Source of the DNA: Candidatus Woesearchaeota archaeon
GTDB lineage: Archaea; Nanobdellota; Nanobdellia; Woesearchaeales; GW2011-AR15
Assembly: GCA_038874655.1 (NCBI GenBank)
Contig: JAVZBY010000002.1
Location: 1 to 24,000, forward strand
Direction of reading: 5' to 3'
Length of the DNA stretch: 24,000 nucleotides
The translations under genes were made by a program, and so were the position numbers. The notes beneath the pieces were generated by a model. It ran no database searches. It saw only the letters and a list, made by a program, of their open reading frames with translations, and was not told the DNA's origin. This document shows, in pieces, positions 1 through 8,121 of the stretch. Numbering within the stretch: the stretch's first letter is position 1; every line of letters begins with the position of its first letter.

Positions 1-70
1 TTCTATCTCTTTGCTCTCTCCTCTCTGCCTCTCTAATTGCCTTTATAAACTCTTGTAAGGGTGATGTCAT
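1..70 (-). CDS. 5' portion of an unidentified ORF running off the window (MTSPLQEFIKAIREAERREQRDR...)
   Basis: Reverse complement starts ATG at 70..68, sharing an ATGA overlap with the TGA stop of the upstream - strand gene; open to the window edge. Too short to identify. Confidence 0.45.
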   Translation of the reverse strand, partial: MTSPLQEFIKAIREAERREQRDR

Positions 71-636
71 TTTTTATCACCCCTCTTCTTCTTTAATGCC
101 CTTATATAAATTGTCCAGATTGTTTTATTATTACGATTTAATAGTTTAGCAATCTCTATTAATTTTAATCCTCTATCCTTAAAATATAAGCAAATGCTTT
201 CAAAGCATGTTAATTTTTTTTCAAATATACTAAGGGGGATAGAATATTTATAATTTATGTTATTAAAGAGGTTTTTTTTCTTTTTAACAGCATTATTATA
301 ACTGCTAATAACATTAGAATGACTTCTTTTAATTAATTTTGAAATTTCTTTAAAACTTAAGTTTAGATTTTCATGTAAATATTTCACAATTGCTTCTAAT
401 ATGCCTAAATCTTTCTCAAAAATAGAACAGGGAATTTGAATTTCTTTTTTTTCAAAATAGATTTTAATTTCATACTCTTGTAAACCATTCTTTTCTTTTA
501 TTTCATTTAATAATGAATTTAATACTTTACTAAATATTTGTCTTTCCTCATCCTTTAGAAATTGATCTATCTCTATAATTTGTTTCTTTTTATTTTCTGA
601 AGTTTCTTTTAAATTTTTTTTTAATTTTTTTTTCAA
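67..636 (-). CDS. Protein with two tandem homologous helix-turn-helix-like modules; putative DNA-binding regulator
   Basis: 189 aa. IPCSIFEKDLGILEAIVKYLHENLNLSFKEISKLIKRSHSNVISSYNNAVKKK aligns with IPLSIFEKKLTCFESICLYFKDRGLKLIEIAKLLNRNNKTIWTIYIRALKKK. Confidence 0.65.
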   Translation of the reverse strand: MKKKLKKNLKETSENKKKQIIEIDQFLKDEERQIFSKVLNSLLNEIKEKNGLQEYEIKIYFEKKEIQIPCSIFEKDLGILEAIVKYLHENLNLSFKEISKLIKRSHSNVISSYNNAVKKKKNLFNNINYKYSIPLSIFEKKLTCFESICLYFKDRGLKLIEIAKLLNRNNKTIWTIYIRALKKKRGDKK

Positions 637-972
637 ATATATTTAATTATTTAAGAAATAATATATAAATTTTACTAAATTATTTAATTAAATTAAAAAA
701 AAATTTTATTTTGTAATATTTTTTTAAATTATTTAAGAATATTTAGCTTATCTTTATCAAATACAAGTTAATTATATAACCTTTCTAATTATAATTTTTT
801 ATTATTTAAGAATTAATTAAATTATTTTTTATTTATAAATATTTTTATTAAATTATATATTATTTAATTTAATTATTTAAGATATTATACTAAATAAAAT
901 AGCTAATATAAAAATAATTAGATCTACACTTTAACAAAATCTTTTTAAGTTGAGTATTTTTTTATAAATTGC

Positions 973-1632
973 ATGTTAAAAGCAGTTATATTTGATAATG
1001 ATGGTGTTTTGTCAGATTCTCACTCTAATATTAATAAATTATTTACTACCCTAGTTAATAATGAATTAAACCTTAATATATCAGAATCAGATTTTGCAAA
1101 ATATCCTGGGATGAGATTTGAACAAAGAGCTGAACAATTTGCAAAAGAAAAAGGATTAATTATTCCAAAAGAGAAAATAGAAAAACTAATAGAAAAAGGA
1201 AGAGAAATATACTTTAAAGAGATATTAAATCAAATAAAACTTTATCCAGGAGTTATTGAATTGTTGAAAGAATTGAAAGAAAACAAAATAAAAATTGGAT
1301 TAGGCACAAATGGTAGCAAAAGAACAATAATGAGATTATTTGATAATTATAATTTGCATGACTATTTTGATTCAATTGTTACTTTTGATGATGCTTCACA
1401 AGGAAAACCTCATCCTGAAATTTTTTTAAAAAACGCAGCAAACATGAAAGTTAAACCAAAAGAATGTGTTGTTATTGAAGATTCTATTGAAGGTATAATG
1501 GCAGCAAAATCTGCACATATGAAAGTTATTGCAGTAAAAACAACTTTAACAGAGAAGGAATTAAAAGATGCAGATTTAATTGTAGAAAGCATTAAAAATT
1601 TAAACCTCAAAAAAATTCAAAGTTTGTTCTAA
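973..1632 (+). CDS. HAD-superfamily phosphatase, beta-phosphoglucomutase/phosphoglycolate phosphatase-like
   Basis: FDNDGVLSDS motif I, GLGTNGSK motif II, GKPHPEIF and VVIEDSIEGIMAAKSAHMKVIAV motifs III/IV. Confidence 0.88.
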   Translation: MLKAVIFDNDGVLSDSHSNINKLFTTLVNNELNLNISESDFAKYPGMRFEQRAEQFAKEKGLIIPKEKIEKLIEKGREIYFKEILNQIKLYPGVIELLKELKENKIKIGLGTNGSKRTIMRLFDNYNLHDYFDSIVTFDDASQGKPHPEIFLKNAANMKVKPKECVVIEDSIEGIMAAKSAHMKVIAVKTTLTEKELKDADLIVESIKNLNLKKIQSLF

Positions 1633-1658
1633 ATAAAAAAAATTAAAAAATTTAAAAA

Positions 1659-2318
1659 ATGATAAAAGGCATAATCTTTGACATGGACGGAGTAATTATT
1701 GATTCTAACACATTTCATTATTATAATTGGAACTCAGTTTTTAAAAAAAAATTTAATATAGAGATCTCAAAAGAGGATTTTGCTTCTAGGTTAGGAGAAA
1801 GTGCAATCCATTTTACTGAATTTTTTATTAAAAAATATAATCTTGATAAAGAATATAATATAACAGCAGAAAAACTTTTACCAGAAATAATAGAAAAATA
1901 CAAAAATATAAATCATTTAAAATTAAAAACAGGAATTAAAGAAAAATTACCTCTTTTTAAGAAAAATTATAAAATTGCATTAGCAACAGGAGCAAATAAA
2001 GATTGGGCTATACAAGTTTTAGAGCATTTTGAAATAAAAAATTATTTTGATTATATTATAGCTGGAAATGAAGTAAAAAGAGCAAAACCAGAACCAGAAA
2101 TTTTTATAAGAGCCGCACATGGTTTAAATTTAGATACAAGCCAATGTATTGTTATTGAAGATGCAGAATTAGGTATAATAGCAGCAAAAAAAGCAGGTTG
2201 CTTTGTAATAGCAATTCCAGATGATTTAACAAAAAATCAAAATCATAATCTAGCAGATTTAAAATTAAATTCTATAAATGAATTAAATAATGAAATATTG
2301 CAAAAATTAGTAATTTGA
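1659..2318 (+). CDS. HAD-superfamily phosphatase, second tandem copy
   Basis: FDMDGVIIDS, ALATGANKD, RAKPEPEIF, CIVIEDAELGIIAAKKAGCFVIAI. Confidence 0.88.
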   Translation: MIKGIIFDMDGVIIDSNTFHYYNWNSVFKKKFNIEISKEDFASRLGESAIHFTEFFIKKYNLDKEYNITAEKLLPEIIEKYKNINHLKLKTGIKEKLPLFKKNYKIALATGANKDWAIQVLEHFEIKNYFDYIIAGNEVKRAKPEPEIFIRAAHGLNLDTSQCIVIEDAELGIIAAKKAGCFVIAIPDDLTKNQNHNLADLKLNSINELNNEILQKLVI

Positions 2319-2417
2319 AAATAAGAAATATCATAAACTTTTATAAACTTATTTTTATTTATGATAATAAAATAAACCAATTAATTAATTTATATTTTAA
2401 GATTAAAGGGTGAAAAA

Positions 2418-3815
2418 ATGGATTATTATGTTAAAGATTTATCATTAGCAGAATTAGGTAGAAAAGAAATATCATTGGCAGAAAAAGAAATGCCCGGTTT
2501 AATTGCTTTAAGAGAAAAATACGGAAAGGAAAAACCATTAAAGGGAGCCAGAATAACTGGAAGCTTACATATGACAACACAAACAGCAGTTTTAATTGAA
2601 ACATTGAAAATTTTAGGTGCAGAAGTAAGGTGGGCTTCTTGTAATATATATTCAACTAACGATGCAGCAGCAGCAGCAATTGCTAAAGCAGGAATTCCTG
2701 TTTTTGCTTACAAAGGTGAAACCCTAAAAGAATATTGGGAATTTACATTTAAAGCATTAAATTTTCATGGTAAAGGTCCTAATCTAATAGTTGATGATGG
2801 CGGTGATGCAACTTTAATGATACATAAAGGATATGAAATTGAAGAAAATCCAGAATTATTAAAAAAAGATTACTCTAATGAAGGACAAGATTTTATTGAA
2901 TTAATTAATGTTTTAAAAGAAATTTATTCAAAAGATAAAAAAATATGGCATAGATTTGTTAAAGAAATTAAAGGAGTCTCAGAAGAAACAACAACAGGTG
3001 TTCATAGATTATATAAAATGATGGAAGAAAAAAAACTATTGTTCCCAGCAATTAATGTGAATGATTCAGTAACAAAAAGTAAATTTGATAATTTATATGG
3101 TTGTAGAGAAAGTTTAGCAGATGGCATTAAAAGAGCAACAGATGTAATGGTTGCTGGAAAAACAGTTGTTGTATGTGGTTATGGTGAAGTTGGAAAAGGA
3201 TGTGCACAATCAATGAGAGGTTTTGGTGCTCGAGTCATAGTAACAGAGATAGATCCTATTTGTGCACTACAAGCATCAATGGAGGGCTTTGAAGTAAAAA
3301 CAGTCGAAGATTCTTTAGAAGAAGCAGACATTTATATAACAGCAACAGGAAATTGTGATGTTATTACCTTAGAGCATATGCAAAAAATGAAAGACCATGC
3401 AATTGTTGGAAATATTGGACATTTTGATAATGAAATTCAAGTAGATAGATTAGTTAATTTTCCAGGCATAAAAAGAGAAACAATAAAACCACAAGTAGAT
3501 AAATTCACATTTCCAGATGGTCATTCCATAATATTATTATCAATGGGAAGATTATTAAATTTAGGCAATGCAAAAGGACATCCAAGTTTTGTGATGTCAA
3601 CTTCATTTACAAATCAAGTTTTGGCACAATTAAAATTATGGAAGGAAAACTTAAAAATTGGGGTTTATATGCTTCCTAAAAAATTAGATGAAGAAGTTGC
3701 AAGATTGCATTTAGAAAAATTAGGTGTTAAACTAACAAAATTAACAGAAAAACAAGCAAAATACATAAATGTACCAATAGAAGGTCCTTATAAACCTGAG
3801 CATTATAGATATTAA
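2418..3815 (+). CDS. ahcY: Adenosylhomocysteinase (S-adenosyl-L-homocysteine hydrolase)
   Basis: [37 protein letters not shown]-binding [23 protein letters not shown]-terminal [10 protein letters not shown]; AAGGGTG Shine-Dalgarno before the ATG. Confidence 0.97.
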   Translation: MDYYVKDLSLAELGRKEISLAEKEMPGLIALREKYGKEKPLKGARITGSLHMTTQTAVLIETLKILGAEVRWASCNIYSTNDAAAAAIAKAGIPVFAYKGETLKEYWEFTFKALNFHGKGPNLIVDDGGDATLMIHKGYEIEENPELLKKDYSNEGQDFIELINVLKEIYSKDKKIWHRFVKEIKGVSEETTTGVHRLYKMMEEKKLLFPAINVNDSVTKSKFDNLYGCRESLADGIKRATDVMVAGKTVVVCGYGEVGKGCAQSMRGFGARVIVTEIDPICALQASMEGFEVKTVEDSLEEADIYITATGNCDVITLEHMQKMKDHAIVGNIGHFDNEIQVDRLVNFPGIKRETIKPQVDKFTFPDGHSIILLSMGRLLNLGNAKGHPSFVMSTSFTNQVLAQLKLWKENLKIGVYMLPKKLDEEVARLHLEKLGVKLTKLTEKQAKYINVPIEGPYKPEHYRY

Positions 3816-3934
3816 AATTTTTTATTTATATCTTTGTTTTTTTAGATTTCTATATCACTAGATTTTAATTAAAGCTTTTTTTTGTTTTTTTTTGAAATAA
3901 TAAAATTTTTTAATCTTTGTTTTTTTTTAATCTT

Positions 3935-4477
3935 GTGAAACAAAAAAATAAACTCTTTTTTGAAATTAGAAAAACAAACTTTTTTTTTAGATTACTTATT
4001 TTTTTGTTGTTATTCTATTTTATTTTTAAAGGAATTGCAGTTTTAGTAATTTTAATAACTCTCTCTATAGGATTAAGTTATTTAATAAATTCACTAAAAA
4101 TTAGATCTCTTGGTATAGAATTAATAACATTTATTGCAGTTTTATCAGGGATGAGATTTGGTTGGAAACTTTCTTTTATAATAACTTTTATATTGATTAC
4201 ATATCATCTAATTGCAGGAGGCTTTCTTGGAACCTATATCTTTTGGGTAATTCCTGCATATTGTTTAGCTGCGATTATTTCAAGTTTTTTTCCCCATGCT
4301 GATATCACAACATTAGGGATAATTATGACACTTGGAATTAATTTAAATAATATCTTCTTTACATCAATAACCAATATTGAATATTTACCAAAATATATGA
4401 TATATGTTATAACAAACATAATTTTTAATTTTTTATTATTTACAATTTTTGGGAAAATTTTTTTACTTTTGATGTAA
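3935..4477 (+). CDS. Small multi-pass membrane protein, unknown function
   Basis: Long hydrophobic ORF not antisense to another gene. The track starts at TTG 3917 in a poly-Phe stretch; GTG 3935 (VKQKNKLFFEI...) looks at least as plausible. Confidence 0.65.
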   Translation: MKQKNKLFFEIRKTNFFFRLLIFLLLFYFIFKGIAVLVILITLSIGLSYLINSLKIRSLGIELITFIAVLSGMRFGWKLSFIITFILITYHLIAGGFLGTYIFWVIPAYCLAAIISSFFPHADITTLGIIMTLGINLNNIFFTSITNIEYLPKYMIYVITNIIFNFLLFTIFGKIFLLLM

Positions 4478-4629
4478 TTCTTTGTTTAAGGTTTTTTATG
4501 TTCTTTTATTAATTAAGCAAATATATTACTAAAATAAATTTAAAATAAACATTATTTTATATATTTTTTAAACTATATTTTTTAAAATCTATAAAAAACT
4601 TTTTAAATGAATAATTTTTTTTAATTTTT

Positions 4630-4902
4630 ATGGCAGACATCTTTAGTGTTTTTTTCAGAGAAAAACCAGCTAAAATGCTCATAGAAATGCGTAGAACAAC
4701 AAAAAAAGGTATATATGCTTCTAATATTGCAAAAGCAGTTGATTGTACTTATTCTCATGTTGTTAAAATATTACAACAAATGGAAAAATCTGGCTTAGTT
4801 GCTTTCAATAAACAAGGCAGATTAAAATATTTAACATTAACAAAAAAAGGAGAAGAAGTTGCTAATTATATTGATAAAATAAGTCAAACTTTAAAAGAAT
4901 AA
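4630..4902 (+). CDS. Winged-helix transcriptional regulator (MarR/ArsR-like fold)
   Basis: 90 aa; IAKAVDCTYSHVVKILQQMEKSGLVAFNKQGRLKYLTLTKKGEEVANYIDKI is a typical wHTH with beta-wing. Confidence 0.8.
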   Translation: MADIFSVFFREKPAKMLIEMRRTTKKGIYASNIAKAVDCTYSHVVKILQQMEKSGLVAFNKQGRLKYLTLTKKGEEVANYIDKISQTLKE

Positions 4903-4959
4903 TTTTATAATTCTATTACATTACTTTATTTTTTAAAAACTTTTTATAAACTTAATTAT

Positions 4960-5032
4960 AGCCCTGTGGTGTAGCGGTCAATCATGCAAGGCTCTGGACC
5001 TTGAGACCCAGGTTCGAATCCTGGCAGGGCTA
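4960..5032 (+). tRNA. tRNA-Gln, anticodon CUG (4994..4996)
   Basis: Acceptor AGCCCUG/CAGGGCU, anticodon stem CAAGG-CUCUGGA-CCUUG, T arm CCAGG-UUCGAAU-CCUGG, D arm present; anticodon read from the loop. Confidence 0.96.
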
Positions 5033-5040
5033 TAAACAAG

Positions 5041-5110
5041 AAGAATAGCAATGACGAGATAGAAAATGCTAATGGAATAAACATTTTCTTTACCTAGTAT
5101 GGCTATTTTT
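5041..5110 (+). ncRNA. Candidate nested stem-loop element immediately 3' of tRNA-Gln; small RNA or terminator
   Basis: Outer stem AAGAATAGC(5041-5049)/GCTATTTTT(5102-5110) with one G-U; inner perfect 8-bp stem AGAAAATG(5061-5068)/CATTTTCT(5082-5089); ends in a T-run. Confidence 0.35.
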
Positions 5111-5126
5111 TAATTATAATCTTTAA

Positions 5127-5720
5127 TTATAATATTTTTAATTTCACTAAAAAACCTTCTCCTAATTTTTTAACAGACAAAACTTTTGCTTCTAAAATGT
5201 TATTGATTTCACCATTAATCATACTAACATGATTATTACCAGCAAATACATTTGCATAGTATATAAAAAAAATATCCCATTCCTTTTCAATAATTAAACT
5301 TCTTATTACTTTACCTCCACCTTCTACTAAGATTTTTTTAATTCCTTTTTCAAACAAAATTTTTTTAATATTTTTCCAAGAAAAATCATTTGTAATTACT
5401 AAATTTTCAATTTTCTTTTTTTCTAATTTCGTTTTTTCTGATGTAATTACAATGGGGTTTCTTTCAAAAATTTTTTTATTAGAATTTAAAACTGCTTCTT
5501 TATCTAAAATTATAGGAACAGGATCTTTTCCATATCCTTTTGAGGTTAAACTTGGATTGTCAATATTAATTGTATTAGCACCAACTAAAAGTCCATCAAC
5601 TTTTGTTCTTAATTTATAAACTCTTTCAAAATCTAGTTTATCTGATAAATATCTTAAAGAAGTTAATCTACCATCTAATGAAACAGCACAATTAATTATA
5701 ACTCTAACATCATTTTTCAT
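5127..5720 (-). CDS. RibD C-terminal-type reductase (2,5-diamino-6-ribosylamino-4(3H)-pyrimidinone 5'-phosphate reductase family)
   Basis: VRVIINCAVSLDGRL, LRTKVDGLLVGANTINIDNPSLT, KKILVEGGGKVIRSLI. The track start is 5753; ATG 5720 with an upstream GGGAG is preferred. Confidence 0.85.
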   Translation of the reverse strand: MKNDVRVIINCAVSLDGRLTSLRYLSDKLDFERVYKLRTKVDGLLVGANTINIDNPSLTSKGYGKDPVPIILDKEAVLNSNKKIFERNPIVITSEKTKLEKKKIENLVITNDFSWKNIKKILFEKGIKKILVEGGGKVIRSLIIEKEWDIFFIYYANVFAGNNHVSMINGEINNILEAKVLSVKKLGEGFLVKLKIL

Positions 5721-6414
5721 TATTTCTCCCTTTTTCATTATAAAATAAGTCATCTAACATATGATGTTGTTTTATCATTTTTGTTTCTAAATATTTTTCA
5801 TTAAATTTATTAGGTTTTATTAAAACAGGAATTCTGCCATTAACAATAATTCCATATTCTTTTAACTGTTCAATTTTATTAGGATTATTTGTAATTAGTT
5901 TAATTGATTTTATCTCTAATGCTTTAATCATCAATGAAGCTATTTTATAATCTCTTTCATCTTCTTTAAACCCAAGAATTAAATTCGCTTCAACAGTGTC
6001 ATATCCTTTATCTTGCAATTCATATGCTTTGATTTTATTAATTAAACCAATACCTCTTCCTTCTTGTCTTAAATATAAAACAACACCATTTCCTAGTTCT
6101 TCAATTTTTTTTAGGGATTCTATCAATTGTCTTCTACAATCACATCTCAATGAACCTAATGCATCACCTGTTAAACATTCAGAATGTAATCTTACAGGAA
6201 CATTCTCTTTATTAGAAACATCCCCTTTTACAATAGCCACATGCTCTTTTTGGTCTTTATTATTGTAAAAAGCAACAATCTTAAAATTTCCAAATTCACT
6301 TGGTAAATTTGCTTTAGCTACTATTTCAACGCAAACATCTTTATCACAATTTCTGCAATAATGATATCTCTTAAGTAGATCATCTGAAAAATTATTAAAA
6401 TTTATATTTAACAT
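5710..6414 (-). CDS. ribA: GTP cyclohydrolase II (riboflavin biosynthesis, bacterial RibA type)
   Basis: VRLHSECLTGDALGSLRCDCRRQL, GVVLYLRQEGRGIGLINKIKAYELQDKGYDTVEANLILGF, KLITNNPNKIEQL. Confidence 0.93.
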   Translation of the reverse strand: MLNINFNNFSDDLLKRYHYCRNCDKDVCVEIVAKANLPSEFGNFKIVAFYNNKDQKEHVAIVKGDVSNKENVPVRLHSECLTGDALGSLRCDCRRQLIESLKKIEELGNGVVLYLRQEGRGIGLINKIKAYELQDKGYDTVEANLILGFKEDERDYKIASLMIKALEIKSIKLITNNPNKIEQLKEYGIIVNGRIPVLIKPNKFNEKYLETKMIKQHHMLDDLFYNEKGRNNEK

Positions 6415-6488
6415 AAAATCTAAAATAAATATTAAATTTTTAAATTTATTCTTAAACCTAATAATTAAAATAATAAAAAGATAAAAAA

Positions 6489-6516
6489 CCTTTATTTTTA
6501 TTGACTTAAATAAAGG
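6489..6516 (+). promoter_or_regulatory. Perfect 9-bp inverted repeat just upstream of photolyase
   Basis: CCTTTATTT (6489-6497), 10-nt spacer, AAATAAAGG (6508-6516); the 3' arm contains the likely Shine-Dalgarno AAAGG, 10 nt before the ATG at 6527. Confidence 0.45.
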
Positions 6517-6526
6517 AAAATTTAAA

Positions 6527-7876
6527 ATGAAAAGTCTATTTATATTCAGAAGAGATTTAAGATTAAATGATAATACTGGATTAATTGAAGCATTAAAAAA
6601 TTCTGATTTTGTTATTCCTATATTTATTTTTGATGATAGACAAATTAAACAAAATGAATATTTCTCTCAAAAAGCATTTTCTTTTATGATAAACTCATTA
6701 ATAGATTTAAACAATGAACTAAGAAAAATAAATAAAAGATTATATTTTTTTCAAGGCATAGCGCATCAAGTTATAGAAAAAATTATCAAAACTGAAAAAA
6801 TTGAAGCTGTTTATTTAAATAGAGATTACACGCCTTTTAGCATACAAAGAGATGAGTCCATGAAAAAGATTTGTAAAGAAAATAATGTAAAATTTTTTTC
6901 ATTTTCAGATGCATTATTAAATGAACCTTTTACTTTAAATAAAATTTATACAATTTTTACACCGTTTTGGAAAGCATATTCTCAAATAAAAGTTAAAAAA
7001 CCACAAAAAAACACATATACAAATTATTACTCTAATAAGATAATTTCTGAAATTTCTTTTGAAAAATTTATTGAACAAAATAAAGATAAACTTGTTAATA
7101 TAAATTCAAAAACAAAAGAAGAAGTAATCAAGGATATAACAAAATTACAAAATTATGATTTAACAAGAGATTTTCCAGAGAAAGAAACATCTTTTTTATC
7201 ATCACATTTAAAATTTGGCACAATATCTGTAAGAGAAGCATTTTACTTAGTTTATGAAAAATTAAATCCTTTTCATCCTTTATTGAGACAGCTTTATTGG
7301 AGAGATTTTTTTTATCATATAGCATATCATTTTCCTTATGTATTTGGAAACCCCTTCAATAAAAAATATCAAAATATAAAATGGGAATTTGATGAAAAAA
7401 AATTTAATGCATGGAAAAATGGTTTAACAGGTTTTCCTATTATTGATGCAGGGATGAGGCAATTAAATCAAACAGGCTATATGCATAATAGAGTTAGAAT
7501 GATAGTTGCTTCATTTTTAACAAAAGATTTGCATATTGACTGGAAAATAGGAGAAAAGTATTTTGCTCAAAAACTAATTGATTATGATCCTTGTATAAAT
7601 AATGGAAATTGGCAATGGTCTGCCTCAGTTGGATGTGATGCTCAGCCATATTTTAGAATATTTAATCCATGGCTTCAACAAAAAAAATTTGATCCAAATT
7701 GTATTTATATAAAAAAATGGGTTCCAGAACTAAAAGAGTTAAAACCAGAAGAGATTCATAATTTAGAAAAAATTGATCCTTCATTAAAAGGAATAAATTA
7801 TCCTAAACCAATTATTAATCATAGTATAGAATCTAAAAAAGCAATAGCTTATTATAAAAATACAATAAAAAATTGA
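6527..7876 (+). CDS. phr: Deoxyribodipyrimidine photolyase (cryptochrome/photolyase family)
   Basis: N-terminal FIFRRDLRLNDNTGL; C-terminal LRQLYWRDFFYH, MHNRVRMIVASFLTKDLHIDW, NNGNWQWSASVGCDAQPYFRIFNPWLQQKKFDP. Confidence 0.95.
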   Translation: MKSLFIFRRDLRLNDNTGLIEALKNSDFVIPIFIFDDRQIKQNEYFSQKAFSFMINSLIDLNNELRKINKRLYFFQGIAHQVIEKIIKTEKIEAVYLNRDYTPFSIQRDESMKKICKENNVKFFSFSDALLNEPFTLNKIYTIFTPFWKAYSQIKVKKPQKNTYTNYYSNKIISEISFEKFIEQNKDKLVNINSKTKEEVIKDITKLQNYDLTRDFPEKETSFLSSHLKFGTISVREAFYLVYEKLNPFHPLLRQLYWRDFFYHIAYHFPYVFGNPFNKKYQNIKWEFDEKKFNAWKNGLTGFPIIDAGMRQLNQTGYMHNRVRMIVASFLTKDLHIDWKIGEKYFAQKLIDYDPCINNGNWQWSASVGCDAQPYFRIFNPWLQQKKFDPNCIYIKKWVPELKELKPEEIHNLEKIDPSLKGINYPKPIINHSIESKKAIAYYKNTIKN

Positions 7877-7902
7877 TTTTCAATTAAAATTCTTGATGAA
7901 GG

Positions 7903-8109
7903 TTAATTACTACTTTGTTTTGCTATTATGCAAATATTATTATTTTTTTCTGTAATAAAAACATTATAACTAAACTTAAACAAGCATTTAAAAACTTGTT
8001 TCCATTTAAAATTTCTATAATTAGTCACTTCAATTTCATAGCCACCATAATAAAGATTTAAGACACCACTATTTCCTATTATTTTTTTAAGTTCTTCTTC
8101 ATCTGTCAT
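7903..8109 (-). CDS. Small 68-aa protein of unknown function
   Basis: Reverse complement of 8109 reads ATG ACA GAT GAA (MTDE...), preceded by GAGGGGTG Shine-Dalgarno; sits directly downstream of the transporter on the same strand. The track lists it as +, which the sequence contradicts. Confidence 0.6.
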   Translation of the reverse strand: MTDEEELKKIIGNSGVLNLYYGGYEIEVTNYRNFKWKQVFKCLFKFSYNVFITEKNNNICIIAKQSSN

Positions 8110-8121
8110 TTTTTCACCCCT

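Noticed and set aside
1410-1903. Short - strand ORFs 1410..1610 and 1721..1903
   Set aside because: Antisense to the two HAD phosphatase genes with no recognisable content.
2431-2655. 74-aa - strand ORF
   Set aside because: Antisense to ahcY; hydrophobic chance frame.
4234-4419. 61-aa - strand ORF
   Set aside because: Antisense to the small membrane protein gene; no independent support.
4541-4559. Palindrome TAAAATAA-ACA-TTATTTTA
   Set aside because: Composed only of A/T in its arms; such palindromes are expected by chance at this base composition.
5041-5110. Calling the post-tRNA element a C/D or H/ACA guide RNA
   Set aside because: ATGACGA is near a C box, but no good CUGA D box and no ACA at the expected spacing; kept only as an unclassified candidate.
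5996-6268. 90-aa + strand ORF
   Set aside because: Antisense to ribA, which has unambiguous catalytic motifs.
7128-7325. 65-aa - strand ORF
   Set aside because: Antisense to the photolyase gene.
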